DNA of 64,000 bases, from positions 5,120 through 69,119 of the forward strand of contig CALSLK010000031.1 in assembly GCA_943787175.1 (NCBI GenBank), written 5' to 3'. Of the stretch, positions 49,579-59,551 are shown piece after piece. The first letter of the stretch is position 1. Each line of letters starts with the position of its first letter. The translations under genes were made by a program, and so were the position numbers. The notes beneath the pieces were generated by a model. The model was not told the DNA's origin, did not search any database, and saw only the letters and a list, made by a program, of their open reading frames with translations. The stretch is from an uncultured Alphaproteobacteria bacterium. Lineage in GTDB: Bacteria; Pseudomonadota; Alphaproteobacteria; SP197.

Positions 49579-50697
49579 ATGTCGATCAAGAGAGCCATTG
49601 ATGAGTTAAAACGTGGCGAACTCAGCCGCCGCGACTTTTCTCGTGCTGCCGCGTCGCTCGGTCTGGCCAGCATGACTTTGCCCATGATGAACCGGTCCGC
49701 GCAGGCTTCGGATCTTACGGTCTTCACGTGGAGCGGTTACGAACTTCCGGAGTTCTTCGAGCCCTATATCGAAAAGTACAACAGCGAACCGAACTTCTCG
49801 TATTTTGCCGACAACGATGAGGCCTTTCAGAAGGTTCATGCCGGCTTCACGCCTGATCTTGTGTGCCCGTCGAATCCGCTGGTGAAGAAGTTCCACGATG
49901 GCGGGCTCATCAAACCCATCGACACCACCCGCCTCTCCAACTGGGACCAGATGCTTGGTGCCTTGAAGACCGTTGATGCCACCATGTTCAACGACAAGAC
50001 CTGGTACGTCCCCTGGGACTGGGGCAATTCGTCGGTTGTTTACCGGCCCGATCTTGTGGATCCCGAATATGTCGAAACCAATTCCTGGAAGATCCTGTGG
50101 GACGAACGGTATGCCGGTCGTCTGGCAACCAACGACCAGATGGATTCCATCGTCATTCCAGCTGCCCTGGTTCTGGGCATCGAAAATCCCTTCGCCATGT
50201 CTGATGAAGACATTGCCAGGGTGAAGGCATACCTGGTCGAGCAGCGCCCATTGCTGCGCTATTACTGGCAGAATGAAACCGATGTCGCCCAGGCCATGGC
50301 CTCAGGTGAAGTCGTGGCGGCCTATGGCTGGAACTCCACCGCAGCCCTGCTGGCAGCCGAAGGCGTGCCCACTGCCTATATGGTTCCGGTCGAAGGCATC
50401 CTTACCTGGACGGATGGTTACTGTCTGGTCGAAGGCGGCGAGGGCAGCGAACAGGAAGCCTATGACTTCATGGATGCCGTGCTCAGCGTTGAAGCAGGTG
50501 TGCATCTCCTCAACGCTTACGGGTTTGGTTGCGCCAACAAGAACGCCTACCCGCTGGTTGATCAGGACATGCTGGCGGGTCTGGGTTACTCCGACCCGGA
50601 GAATGCCCTCAATACCGGACTCTTCTTTGCCACCATCGAGTCACCCTGGCGCGAGAAGTACCTCAACATGGTCGATGAGGTCCGTGCGGGCGCGTAG
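49579..50697 (+). CDS. Polyamine-type ABC substrate-binding protein with Tat-like leader (no permease adjacent)
   Basis: LSRRDF, FTWSGYE, PWDWG, LWDERYAGR, EG..TWTDG. Confidence 0.88.
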   Translation: MSIKRAIDELKRGELSRRDFSRAAASLGLASMTLPMMNRSAQASDLTVFTWSGYELPEFFEPYIEKYNSEPNFSYFADNDEAFQKVHAGFTPDLVCPSNPLVKKFHDGGLIKPIDTTRLSNWDQMLGALKTVDATMFNDKTWYVPWDWGNSSVVYRPDLVDPEYVETNSWKILWDERYAGRLATNDQMDSIVIPAALVLGIENPFAMSDEDIARVKAYLVEQRPLLRYYWQNETDVAQAMASGEVVAAYGWNSTAALLAAEGVPTAYMVPVEGILTWTDGYCLVEGGEGSEQEAYDFMDAVLSVEAGVHLLNAYGFGCANKNAYPLVDQDMLAGLGYSDPENALNTGLFFATIESPWREKYLNMVDEVRAGA

Positions 50698-50707
50698 TTC
50701 TCAATAG

Positions 50708-50816
50708 GTGTCATCCCGGCCGACCAAAGGGAGAGCCGGGATCTCGGTCCGCACATTGCTTTTGAAACGCGTCAGGACGAGATCCCGGCTCTCCTTCCAG
50801 TCGGCCGGGATGACAC
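50708..50816. repeat. REP/REPIN-like element, copy 2
   Basis: GTGTCATCCCGGCCGAC...GTCGGCCGGGATGACAC; core nearly identical to 7071-7172. Confidence 0.85.
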
Positions 50817-50856
50817 ACTTTATCTAAAGCGCGAGTCGCCGCTCACGCGCATGAAC

Positions 50857-51624
50857 TCAGGCGCGGATGAAGACATAGGTGTCGTCGTCCGACAGGTCCT
50901 GGCGGAACTGGTAACCATCCTGGGCAAAGTCCTTCAGGCCCTCGGGCCGGTCCAGCCGGTTCTGGACGATGAAACGCGCGATCATGCCGCGTGCAACCTT
51001 GGCCGAGAAGCTGATGATCTTGGCTACTCCGTCGCGTTCTTCCTTGAACACGGGTGTCACCACGCGGGCTTTCAGCTTTCTGGTTTTGACTGCGCCGAAA
51101 TACTCCTGGGACGCCGCGTTCACCAGGACCGGTACCGCCTCGTCCTTCATGTCGCGGTTCAGCGCGCGCGAGATCTTCTCGCCCCAGAAATCATAGAGGT
51201 TTTCACCACGTTCGGTGGCAAGCCGTGTTCCCATCTCCAGACGATAGGGCTGAATCAGGTCCAGCGGACGCAGCACGCCATAAAGGCCTGAAAGGATGCG
51301 CAGATGATCCTGGGCATAGTCCAGGTCTTCGCGGTCCAGGCTTCCGGCGTCCAGGCCGCGATAGGTGTCACCGGCAAAGGCCAGGGCAGCCTGTTTGGCA
51401 TTGTCGTTGGTGTGTTTCAGGCGGAAGGCGCGGAAGCGGTCATGGTTGAGGTCCGACAGCTTGTCGGAAAGGTCCATCAGCCCGGCGATCTCCGTGCGTG
51501 TCAGATGCCGCGTGGTCTTCATCAGCTCGCGTGTCTGGGCCATCAGGGCCGGCTGCGTAGCGGGCAGACCCTCGGGTGCCGGGTCGAAATTCAGCGCCTT
51601 GGCCGGTGACACAACAACAAGCAT
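50857..51624 (-). CDS. yaaA: Peroxide stress protein YaaA (DUF328)
   Basis: VSPAK, F.GDTY.GL, LRILSGLYGVLRPLD.IQPYRLEMG, ASQEY, AK.ARG. Confidence 0.93.
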   Translation of the reverse strand: MLVVVSPAKALNFDPAPEGLPATQPALMAQTRELMKTTRHLTRTEIAGLMDLSDKLSDLNHDRFRAFRLKHTNDNAKQAALAFAGDTYRGLDAGSLDREDLDYAQDHLRILSGLYGVLRPLDLIQPYRLEMGTRLATERGENLYDFWGEKISRALNRDMKDEAVPVLVNAASQEYFGAVKTRKLKARVVTPVFKEERDGVAKIISFSAKVARGMIARFIVQNRLDRPEGLKDFAQDGYQFRQDLSDDDTYVFIRA

Positions 51625-51685
51625 GGGTTTTCTCCTGAAGCGAGGCTTCTATGTAGGTGTGCGGTGGCCTCGGAGCAAACCCTGC

Positions 51686-52468
51686 TCAGCGACCTGTCCA
51701 CACTGGCTTACGCTTTTCGATAAAGGCGCGCGCGCCTTCCTTGGAATCAGCGGACTCATTTACCTTGGCCTTGGCAGTCAGGGCGCCGCCTTTTTCAAGT
51801 TTTGCGGCTTCGTGCGGAGGCAGGTCACCGACCAGATCGACCATCTGCTTTTCGGCCTGCACAGAAAGCGGTGCGGCCGCGGCGATCTGTTCAGCCAGTT
51901 CGCGCGCTGCATTCATGACTTCGCCCTGGGGCACGACACGGTTGAGCAGATGCAGATCAAGCGCTTCCTGTGCCTTCATGCGCCGGCCAGTCAGCAGCAG
52001 TTCCATGGCGATGTGGCGGGGCAGGCGTGACATCAGACGCGAAATGCTCGCACCCGAGGTCGTCAGGCCCACATTGACCTCCGACAGGAAGAATTCGGCG
52101 TTTTCCGAAGCCACCATCAGATCGCCTGAAAGCGCCAACTCAAAACCTCCGGCAACACAATAGCCGTTGATTGCCATGATGACCGGCTTGTTGAGGTCAT
52201 ACATGCCCGAAACGCCGCCAAAGCCAAAGGGTCCGAAATCCTTGTCGGGCTCTTCTTCGGCGCCGTCGTTCAGGTCCCAGCCGGTGCAGAAGAACCGGTC
52301 GCCAGCACCCGTCAGGATCGCCACCCACAATTCGGGATCATCTCGGAACTGGATGAACGCGTCATTCATCGCCCGGCTGACTTCGGCCCCGATCGCATTC
52401 GCCTTGGGATTATCCAGAGTGACTTCAAAGATACGTCCGTTGATGTGGGTGTGAACACGATCGCTCAT
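51686..52468 (-). CDS. Enoyl-CoA hydratase/crotonase family (CaiD-like)
   Basis: PKANAI, FFCTGWDL, KPVIMAINGYCVAGGFELAL, EGARAFIEKRKPVW. Confidence 0.88.
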   Translation of the reverse strand: MSDRVHTHINGRIFEVTLDNPKANAIGAEVSRAMNDAFIQFRDDPELWVAILTGAGDRFFCTGWDLNDGAEEEPDKDFGPFGFGGVSGMYDLNKPVIMAINGYCVAGGFELALSGDLMVASENAEFFLSEVNVGLTTSGASISRLMSRLPRHIAMELLLTGRRMKAQEALDLHLLNRVVPQGEVMNAARELAEQIAAAAPLSVQAEKQMVDLVGDLPPHEAAKLEKGGALTAKAKVNESADSKEGARAFIEKRKPVWTGR

Positions 52469-52618
52469 GGCTGGCTCCTCGGGGGGGTTGCGGGCGCAGG
52501 AACCATATCCAACCTGAAAAGCTTCCGCCATGTCCTTCGGTCGCGCGAGTAACATGCACCCGGTTTGGCTCCGTGAGCATCTGGTGTAAACAACGCTCCC
52601 TGTTCCCGGTTCGGTGTC

Positions 52619-54148
52619 ATGTCACTCCTCATCGCTTCCCAACTGACGGTTTCCCACGGTGTTGCACCTCTGGTGCGCGATGCCGGGTTCACCGTGGGTG
52701 AGAACGATCGCATCGGTCTTGTCGGTGCCAACGGCAGTGGCAAATCGACCCTGCTGGCCGCACTGGCCGGGCGCCTGGAACTTGATGCTGGAGATCTTGC
52801 TCTGCGCCGTGGCCTGACCATGGGTATGTCCGAACAGGAAGTGCCAACGGAACTGCTCGAACTGACCCTGCGCGATGCCCTGCTGGAAGCTCTGCCTGAG
52901 ACCGAACGGGACAACGAATCCTGGAAGGTCGATGTCGTCCTGAACTCGCTTGCCTTCCCTTATGAGTTTCACGAACGTCCCGTCGGCAAACTCTCTGGTG
53001 GCTGGCAGCGTCTGGCGCTGATTGCCCGTGCGCGCCTTCCTGAACCCGATCTTCTGTTGCTCGATGAACCGACCAATCATCTCGACCTTGCCAAGATTCT
53101 CCATCTGGAGCGCTGGCTCGAGGACGAGGTGCGCGGACCGCTCATCATGGTCAGCCATGACCGTGAGGTGCTGGACCGTTGCACCAACCGCACCATGTTT
53201 CTGCGCGATGCCGTGTTGTTTGACTTTCCCGGCAACTACACCCGCGCGCGCCAGCTTCTGCTCGAGCATGATCTGGCCGCTGCTCGTGCACGCGAAGCCG
53301 AGGAGGCCGAGATCAAGCGCCTTGACCGCAGCGCCAAGCGTCTCGCCCTGTGGGGCAGGCAATGGGACAACGAAAAGTTCTCCAAACGCGCGCGCAGCAT
53401 CGAGCGGCGCATCGAAAAGAAAAAGGGTGAGGTGACCTATGTCGCGCCCGAGGACCGGCGTCGCCTGGAACTGCGCGAACGCGAAGCCCAGGCCAACATT
53501 CTGATGCGCTGCAACAATTGTGCTATCGCCACGCCTGATGGCACCCCGCTCATCAACATCGAGCGCCTGACCCTGGCGCGCGGCGACCGTGCGGTCATTC
53601 TGGGTGCCAACGGCTCGGGCAAATCGACCTTCCTGCGCCGCCTGATGTCGGAATATGAAAATCACGGCGACCGCATTGCCGAGAAGGCCGAGGTCTATTT
53701 CAACCCTCAGGTTCTGGCCGGCTATTTCGACCAGGACCTTTCGCGCTTGCCCGACGATCAGCCGATGTTCCGCTTCTTCGCCAGCCAGTTCCCAGTGCCC
53801 GATCTGCGCGTGCGCTCGGAACTGATCAACGCTGGTTTCCCCCATGTCGAACAGACCCGCAAGATCGGGACGTTGTCGGGCGGTGAACGCGCTCGTCTGC
53901 TGTTCCTGTTGCTGAAGTTCGAGGAGCCCAATCTGCTGATCCTCGATGAGCCGACCAATCACCTCGATGTTGATGGCCGCGAGCGTCTGGAAGACGAAGT
54001 CCTCACGCGCGAACTCACCTGCATCATGGTCAGCCATGACCGTCGTTTCGTCGACGGCATTGCCAACCGCTTTTTCGTCATCCAGCGCGGGAGGCTGATC
54101 GAAACCACCTCTGCCGACCCGTTCTACGACTCTCTGCTGGACGATTGA
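52619..54148 (+). CDS. ABC-F family ATP-binding protein
   Basis: Two ABC domains (GANGSGKST twice, LSGG, LDEPTNHLD twice) with a charged linker and no TM segments. Confidence 0.92.
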   Translation: MSLLIASQLTVSHGVAPLVRDAGFTVGENDRIGLVGANGSGKSTLLAALAGRLELDAGDLALRRGLTMGMSEQEVPTELLELTLRDALLEALPETERDNESWKVDVVLNSLAFPYEFHERPVGKLSGGWQRLALIARARLPEPDLLLLDEPTNHLDLAKILHLERWLEDEVRGPLIMVSHDREVLDRCTNRTMFLRDAVLFDFPGNYTRARQLLLEHDLAAARAREAEEAEIKRLDRSAKRLALWGRQWDNEKFSKRARSIERRIEKKKGEVTYVAPEDRRRLELREREAQANILMRCNNCAIATPDGTPLINIERLTLARGDRAVILGANGSGKSTFLRRLMSEYENHGDRIAEKAEVYFNPQVLAGYFDQDLSRLPDDQPMFRFFASQFPVPDLRVRSELINAGFPHVEQTRKIGTLSGGERARLLFLLLKFEEPNLLILDEPTNHLDVDGRERLEDEVLTRELTCIMVSHDRRFVDGIANRFFVIQRGRLIETTSADPFYDSLLDD

Positions 54149-54213
54149 GCGGCTAAATCGAGTTTGATCCCGAGCCTTCGCTGGGGATCGCACTAAGGGA
54201 ATACCCAGCCGCC

Positions 54214-54333
54214 GTGTCATCCCGGCCGACCAATGGGAGAGCCGGGATCTCGTCATGACGGGTTTCTTATGCAGCGTGCGGGCCGAGATCCCGGCTCTGC
54301 ACCGCGCGAAGCGCGGCTTGGCCGGGATGACAC
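54214..54333. repeat. REP/REPIN-like element, copy 3 (core inverted relative to copies 1 and 2)
   Basis: Same terminal inverted repeats. Core CTCGTCATGACGGGTTTCTTATGCAGCGTGCGGGCCGAG is the reverse complement of a diverged copy-1 core. Confidence 0.85.
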
Positions 54334-54351
54334 AGATTTTGTGGGACGCCT

Positions 54352-55290
54352 TCAGATCTTCGGCTGATCGTCTGCCCTGGCTTCCTCGCGCTGCAACTTC
54401 GCCTCACGCAGCAGAATGTAGATGCCACTGGCAATCAGGATTGCGGCACCGCCGACCACGGTCCAGCTCGGCAGGTCGCCCCAGACGATAAAGCCCAGCA
54501 GGGTCGCCCAGATCATCGCGGTGTAATCGAACGGTGCCAGAACCTGAGGCGGTGCCAGCGTGCAGGCCGTCACGGCAATCAGTTGGGCCACCAGCACGAT
54601 CAGGCCGCAGCCAAACATCAGGCCGATATCGGTCCAGGTCGGCATCACCCAATAGAACGGTGCAAAGGCCGGCATGGTGATGACGTAAAGCGCGTTCAGC
54701 CAGAACACGATGACGACCGTGTTGTCGGTTTTGGTCACCATACGCGTCACGATGATGGCAAGCGCATAACCCAGGGCAGAGAGCAGGGCCCACAGGGCGG
54801 CCATCTCGAAAATGCCGGTTGATGGGTTGGCGATTACCAGCACCCCGACAAAGCCGATCAGGATTGCGCTCCAGCGCCTCACACCGACCTTCTCGCCCAG
54901 CAGCGGAACGCTGAGCGCGGTCATGAAAAGCGGGGCCGCAAAACTGACCGCCGTTGCATCGGCCAGGGGAATGGCGCGCACGGCCTGGATGAACGAAGCC
55001 AGCGCCACCGTAAAGCAGGCAAAGCGGATCAGGTGCAGGCGGAACTTGGCCGTGCGGAAGGGTGCGGCAAGTCCGTCCCCGCGCTTCAACAGGATCATGG
55101 TGCCGACCACCACCACGGCCGAGCGGGCAAACAGGATTTCAGAGAAATGATAATCGTCGGCAAGCCATTTCAGGATCGCAGATTGCGAGACAAACAGCAG
55201 AGCTGCGATTAGCCAAAGGCCGATGGCGGTGACTGGCGCATGTCGGTGGCGCGAAGCCAGGGGCTCCAGCAGGGGTGGTGTAACCGTCAC
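54352..55290 (-). CDS. DMT/EamA family transporter
   Basis: About 10 TM segments; PLADATA, LLGEKVG.RRW, LAPFDY. Confidence 0.9.
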   Translation of the reverse strand: MTVTPPLLEPLASRHRHAPVTAIGLWLIAALLFVSQSAILKWLADDYHFSEILFARSAVVVVGTMILLKRGDGLAAPFRTAKFRLHLIRFACFTVALASFIQAVRAIPLADATAVSFAAPLFMTALSVPLLGEKVGVRRWSAILIGFVGVLVIANPSTGIFEMAALWALLSALGYALAIIVTRMVTKTDNTVVIVFWLNALYVITMPAFAPFYWVMPTWTDIGLMFGCGLIVLVAQLIAVTACTLAPPQVLAPFDYTAMIWATLLGFIVWGDLPSWTVVGGAAILIASGIYILLREAKLQREEARADDQPKI

Positions 55291-55532
55291 GCCCCGCTGC
55301 GGGAATCGAAATAGGCGTGCAGCAGGCGACGGTACTCATCGCCGACATTGTCGAGCTCCTCGTGGGAGCCTTCGTTTGTGGCAGCCGCAAAGGCGGTGAA
55401 GTTGGCCGCTGCATGGGTCATGGCAAGACCGATGGCTTCAGCATCACCGCCGGCCTCGAGCATTTCGTTGGCATAGCCGACAAAGCGGTTGGCAAGTTCT
55501 GTATGGGTGCTGGCCTGGGTGGATTCGCTCAT
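55287..55532 (-). CDS. Small helical protein, DUF3144-like
   Basis: LANRFVGYANE...AMTHAAANF.AF; overlaps the start of the next gene. Confidence 0.6.
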   Translation of the reverse strand: MSESTQASTHTELANRFVGYANEMLEAGGDAEAIGLAMTHAAANFTAFAAATNEGSHEELDNVGDEYRRLLHAYFDSRSGA

Positions 55533-55702
55533 GGTTTTGCTCTTGGTTTCGTTGCGGTCTCAAGATTGCGCATACGCGCAGGTTCCGGGGCCGTGATAGT
55601 CGATTTTGCCTTCTGCGACCACAACGACCGTCATTGGGACTGGCGGTTCCCTGTCTGCCCATGTCACATTTGCCTCCCGCTCCACGACACCGGTTTCCCG
55701 CC

Positions 55703-57442
55703 ATGACCGCTTTTTTCGCGCAAGTCGCCGATATCCGCTTCTCACTCGAGGCCCAGGCCGGTTACGACGATCTGGCCACCCTTTGGGGTGAAGACACCGC
55801 TGATGCCGATCTTGTTGAAGCGATGCTGACCGAGGCTGGCCGTCTGGCCAACGAGGTCTATGCGCCGCTCAACCATGCCGGCGATCTGGCAGGTTCGGTT
55901 CTTGAAAACGGTGTGGTGCGCCTGCCTGAAGGCTTCACGGAAGCCTACAGATCCATGGCCGCGGGCGGCTGGGTGGGTCTTTCCTTTCCCGAAGAACTAG
56001 GTGGTCAGGGCCTGCCCTGGTCCCTTTCGCTGGCGGTCTCGGAGATCTTTGAAGCCTCCAGCCTGTCGCTTTCCCTTGTCACGCTGCTGTCCAAGGGTGC
56101 GATCGAGGCGATCCTTCATCATGGGACCCAGGAGCAGAAGCAGACCTACCTGCCCAACATGATCGCGGGCACGTGGTCTGGCACCATGAACCTCACCGAA
56201 CCTCAGGCCGGCACCGACCTTGCGCGCCTTAAATCCCGTGCCGAGCGTGCCGATGACGGCAGCTATCGCATCACCGGCCAGAAGATCTTCATCACCTATG
56301 GCGAACACGAGATGACCGAAAACATCGTCCATCTCGTTCTCGCACGCCTGCCCGATGCCCCTCTGGGTGTGAAGGGCATCTCGCTCTTCATCGTGCCGAA
56401 ATACCTGCCCCGTGCCGACGGCACGCCGGGCGAACGCAACGATCTGCGCGTCGTCTCGCTGGAAAAGAAGCTGGGCATCAAGGCAAGCCCCACCTGCGTC
56501 ATGGCCTATGGCGATAACGGCGGTGCCACCGGCTTCCTGGTGGGCGAGGAACACAAGGGCCTTTCCTGCATGTTCACCATGATGAACAACGCGCGCATCT
56601 CCGTTGGTCTGCAGGGTCTGGCCATTGGCGAACGCGCGCTTCAGGGCGCCCGTGCCTATGCCGCCGATCGTGTTCAGGGCCAGCGCGGTGGTCAGGATGT
56701 CACCATCGACCAGCACCCCGATGTCGCCCGCACATTGGCCTGGATGACTGCGCGCACCGAAGCCGCCCGTGGCCTGGTCTATTGGACCGCCGGTTGTTTC
56801 GACCGTTCCGTGGGCGAAGCCGACAAGGAAAAGGCCGCTTACAACCGCGCCCTGTTTGATCTCATGACCCCTGTCGTGAAGTCCTGGGCAACCGATGGCG
56901 GCGTACAGGTTGCCTCCGAAGGCGTGCAGCTCCACGGCGGCATGGGGTTCATCGAGGAAACCGGCGCGGCCCAGCATTACCGCGACGCCCGCATCCTGCC
57001 CATCTATGAGGGCACCAATGGCGTCCAGGCCATCGACCTCGTCGGCCGCAAGATCAGCAAGGATGGTGGCGTCGTGGCACGTGAACTCTTCAAGCTGATC
57101 GATGCCGACATCGCCCATGCCCGCGAATCCGGCGACACAGCCCTGGCCGATGCCGTCGCCGCAGGCCTGGAACACCTCACGGCGGCCACCGATTGGGTCG
57201 TCGCCACCATGGCCGAAAACCCCGACCGCGTTTTGGCACAGGCCACGACCTTCCAGAAACTCTTCGGCACCGTCACCGGCGCATGGCAGATGCTGCGCCA
57301 GGCCTCAGGTGCAAAAGCCAGACTGGACAGCGGGGAGGGCGATGCCACCTGGCTCGAAGCCAAACGCACCAGTGCCGATTTCTACATGCGCCAGGAACTG
57401 CCGCTGGCAGCCGCCATGGCTGCGATTGTCGTGGGTGGTTAA
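55703..57442 (+). CDS. Acyl-CoA dehydrogenase (long DmdC-like clade)
   Basis: GTMNLTEPQAGTDL, GQKIFITYGEH, GISLFIVPK, MMNNAR, QLHGGMGFIEE, IYEGTNGVQA. Confidence 0.92.
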   Translation: MTAFFAQVADIRFSLEAQAGYDDLATLWGEDTADADLVEAMLTEAGRLANEVYAPLNHAGDLAGSVLENGVVRLPEGFTEAYRSMAAGGWVGLSFPEELGGQGLPWSLSLAVSEIFEASSLSLSLVTLLSKGAIEAILHHGTQEQKQTYLPNMIAGTWSGTMNLTEPQAGTDLARLKSRAERADDGSYRITGQKIFITYGEHEMTENIVHLVLARLPDAPLGVKGISLFIVPKYLPRADGTPGERNDLRVVSLEKKLGIKASPTCVMAYGDNGGATGFLVGEEHKGLSCMFTMMNNARISVGLQGLAIGERALQGARAYAADRVQGQRGGQDVTIDQHPDVARTLAWMTARTEAARGLVYWTAGCFDRSVGEADKEKAAYNRALFDLMTPVVKSWATDGGVQVASEGVQLHGGMGFIEETGAAQHYRDARILPIYEGTNGVQAIDLVGRKISKDGGVVARELFKLIDADIAHARESGDTALADAVAAGLEHLTAATDWVVATMAENPDRVLAQATTFQKLFGTVTGAWQMLRQASGAKARLDSGEGDATWLEAKRTSADFYMRQELPLAAAMAAIVVGG

Positions 57443-57481
57443 CGCGGCGTCGTCGGCCATCCTTAAATCCTGGTGTAACTT

Positions 57482-58447
57482 TCAGGCTCGCAACAGGCTG
57501 CCTGTGACGCCATCCCAGCGCCAAACTGCGCCGGGCATTGCCAGCTGCAGGCCGCCATGATGGCGATTGATACCGTTCTGGGTGAGCCAGTCTGCCGTAC
57601 CATCCAGCAGGCGTTTCCCAAGAGGTGTCAGGGCAACCGGCGACTGCCAGGTCACGACCGGCGTGATCGCGGGCTCACTTGCCCGCGCCAGCTCCGCCAC
57701 AATCGGCCAGTACATGAGGTCACCCAGAAAGGGTTGCGGCTCGAGCTGATTGACCAGAGCACCAAAACACTTGCCCGGTGTCGGGGCGCCCTCGCTGATC
57801 GCCTGCAGGGTCAGCCGTTGCGTCAGCGATAGCCCGTCGCGCGTCCAGGGCAGGTCCTGCAGGTGGCGTCTCAGCGCAGCCGCCAGATAGGGCAGGGCAA
57901 GATCGTTTCGCTCCGACATCGTCCCAAGGCCGGTCGGATTCCCGGACCGGAAGGCGCGCCAGGCTGCAACGCCCAGTTGCCGCTGTGCCGGCGTGACGGG
58001 CCTCTCGCTTCCCCACAGCGTGGCAAGCTGGTCGGGAGAAAGCTGACCCAATCCGTTGAACCGTGCGATGCCGGGGAAACGATCCAGCGTGATCATGTAA
58101 AGACGGTCGTGCAGCTCCGGGTGCTGTTCGAAGTGATCGAGCAGGCGGATCAGAACCGCTTGGTCATAGATGTCATGTTCAAACCACAGAACGATACGTT
58201 CATAACTCTCGGCGTCGGCCAGTCCCGCCTCTGCAGCATCAAGCTTGGTGTTGGTCTCACCGGTATCCTCACCCAGTTCGCCCACCAGGTAATCCAGGTG
58301 CGCCTGTCGGAAGATGTGCGGGTCATCGGTTGCGGGCGTCGCGCCCCGGCAGACCGGATCGGCATATTCCAGGAAGTCGCCTTCAATGCCGGCCGCCTTC
58401 AGGCTGCCACGCAGGTCACTGCCGCAACGGATGTGCAGCAGGCGCAT
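57482..58447 (-). CDS. DUF1835-domain protein
   Basis: LHIRCG, VLWFEHDIYDQ, F.GLGQL, AW.AFR, LP..RDGLS.T. Confidence 0.7.
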   Translation of the reverse strand: MRLLHIRCGSDLRGSLKAAGIEGDFLEYADPVCRGATPATDDPHIFRQAHLDYLVGELGEDTGETNTKLDAAEAGLADAESYERIVLWFEHDIYDQAVLIRLLDHFEQHPELHDRLYMITLDRFPGIARFNGLGQLSPDQLATLWGSERPVTPAQRQLGVAAWRAFRSGNPTGLGTMSERNDLALPYLAAALRRHLQDLPWTRDGLSLTQRLTLQAISEGAPTPGKCFGALVNQLEPQPFLGDLMYWPIVAELARASEPAITPVVTWQSPVALTPLGKRLLDGTADWLTQNGINRHHGGLQLAMPGAVWRWDGVTGSLLRA

Positions 58448-58662
58448 TACGCCAGGAAGCCGCAGACTGCACCGATCGCCATCAGCGCCGCTCCCAGCAG
58501 AGTGAAGCGCACCATGCTCATCTGAAAGCCTGGGTCTGCGCTGTCGGCATGGTCAGCCTGGAACTGGGTGAACGGGGTGTTGAAGAGGTTGCCCATCGAC
58601 AAAATGCCGAATCCTATGAGCAGAATTCCAAGTGTCAGGAAGACGACTGCTGCGATGCCCAT
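58447..58662 (-). CDS. Small two-TM hypothetical protein
   Basis: Two hydrophobic segments, GAAGGG RBS; stop codon overlaps the next start. Confidence 0.55.
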   Translation of the reverse strand: MGIAAVVFLTLGILLIGFGILSMGNLFNTPFTQFQADHADSADPGFQMSMVRFTLLGAALMAIGAVCGFLA

Positions 58663-58749
58663 GGTCTGGTACCCTTCAATGCGTCAGCAAGGATAGCAGA
58701 CTTGAGACAGCAAAGGCGGCTCTGATCGGGTGCGCGCCCGACAGGCGCA

Positions 58750-59547
58750 TTACTTCAGCGCTGCGATCATCGCATCCAGCGTTTCGTTGGGTTGTTCCGA
58801 CATCATCATGTGCCCGCAACCCTTCAGCACGATCATGCGTGCATCGGGCAGGGCTGCCATCAGGTCCCGCGCCCGCTTGGGCGGCGTCATCATGTCGCCG
58901 TCACCCAGAATCAGGGTTGCGGGGCAGGCCACCTTGGCAGCGGCTTCCAGGCCCGTCGTGTAGTCGTTGCATGCTTTCATGTCGTTGTGGAGCACACCGT
59001 CGCCGCCACGCTCCAGCAGGCGCAGTCCACCACCGGTACGCCAGATGCCCGGCGCCGTGTTGCCGCCGATCTGCGCGGTCATGCTGTGACCCCAGATGTT
59101 GACCATGTCATGGGCGGCTGAATTGTTGGCCTCTGCATTATCCAGCAGGGCGTCAGCCACCATCATCGGAACGGAGATTCCCAGCATGATGGCGCGCTCG
59201 ACCCGCTCGGGGTAACGCGCAGCAGCTTCCAGCACGGGCAGGGAGCCCATGGAGTGACCGGCCAGAACCGCCGTCTTCACGCCGGCCGCATCCATCAGGC
59301 GCATGACCCAGTCGGCAATGTCCCCGATGCTGGGCAGCAATGCGCCTTGGGATTTGCCGTGCCCGGGCAGATCAACCGCCAGCACGCCATAACTGCGATG
59401 GGCAAAGTAACGCGCCTGGACTGCCCACACCGAGCGGTCCATGGAGGCACCGTGAATGAAGATGATGGTCGGCAGGGCGGGATCAAAATCCGCGCCGCCC
59501 GTTGCGGCAAAGATGCTGTGTCCGTCAACGCTGAGTTCCAGTGCCAT
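58750..59547 (-). CDS. Alpha/beta hydrolase
   Basis: FIHGA, DLPGHG, GHSMG, D.MTP, GHMMM.E. Confidence 0.9.
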   Translation of the reverse strand: MALELSVDGHSIFAATGGADFDPALPTIIFIHGASMDRSVWAVQARYFAHRSYGVLAVDLPGHGKSQGALLPSIGDIADWVMRLMDAAGVKTAVLAGHSMGSLPVLEAAARYPERVERAIMLGISVPMMVADALLDNAEANNSAAHDMVNIWGHSMTAQIGGNTAPGIWRTGGGLRLLERGGDGVLHNDMKACNDYTTGLEAAAKVACPATLILGDGDMMTPPKRARDLMAALPDARMIVLKGCGHMMMSEQPNETLDAMIAALK

Positions 59548-59551
59548 GACC

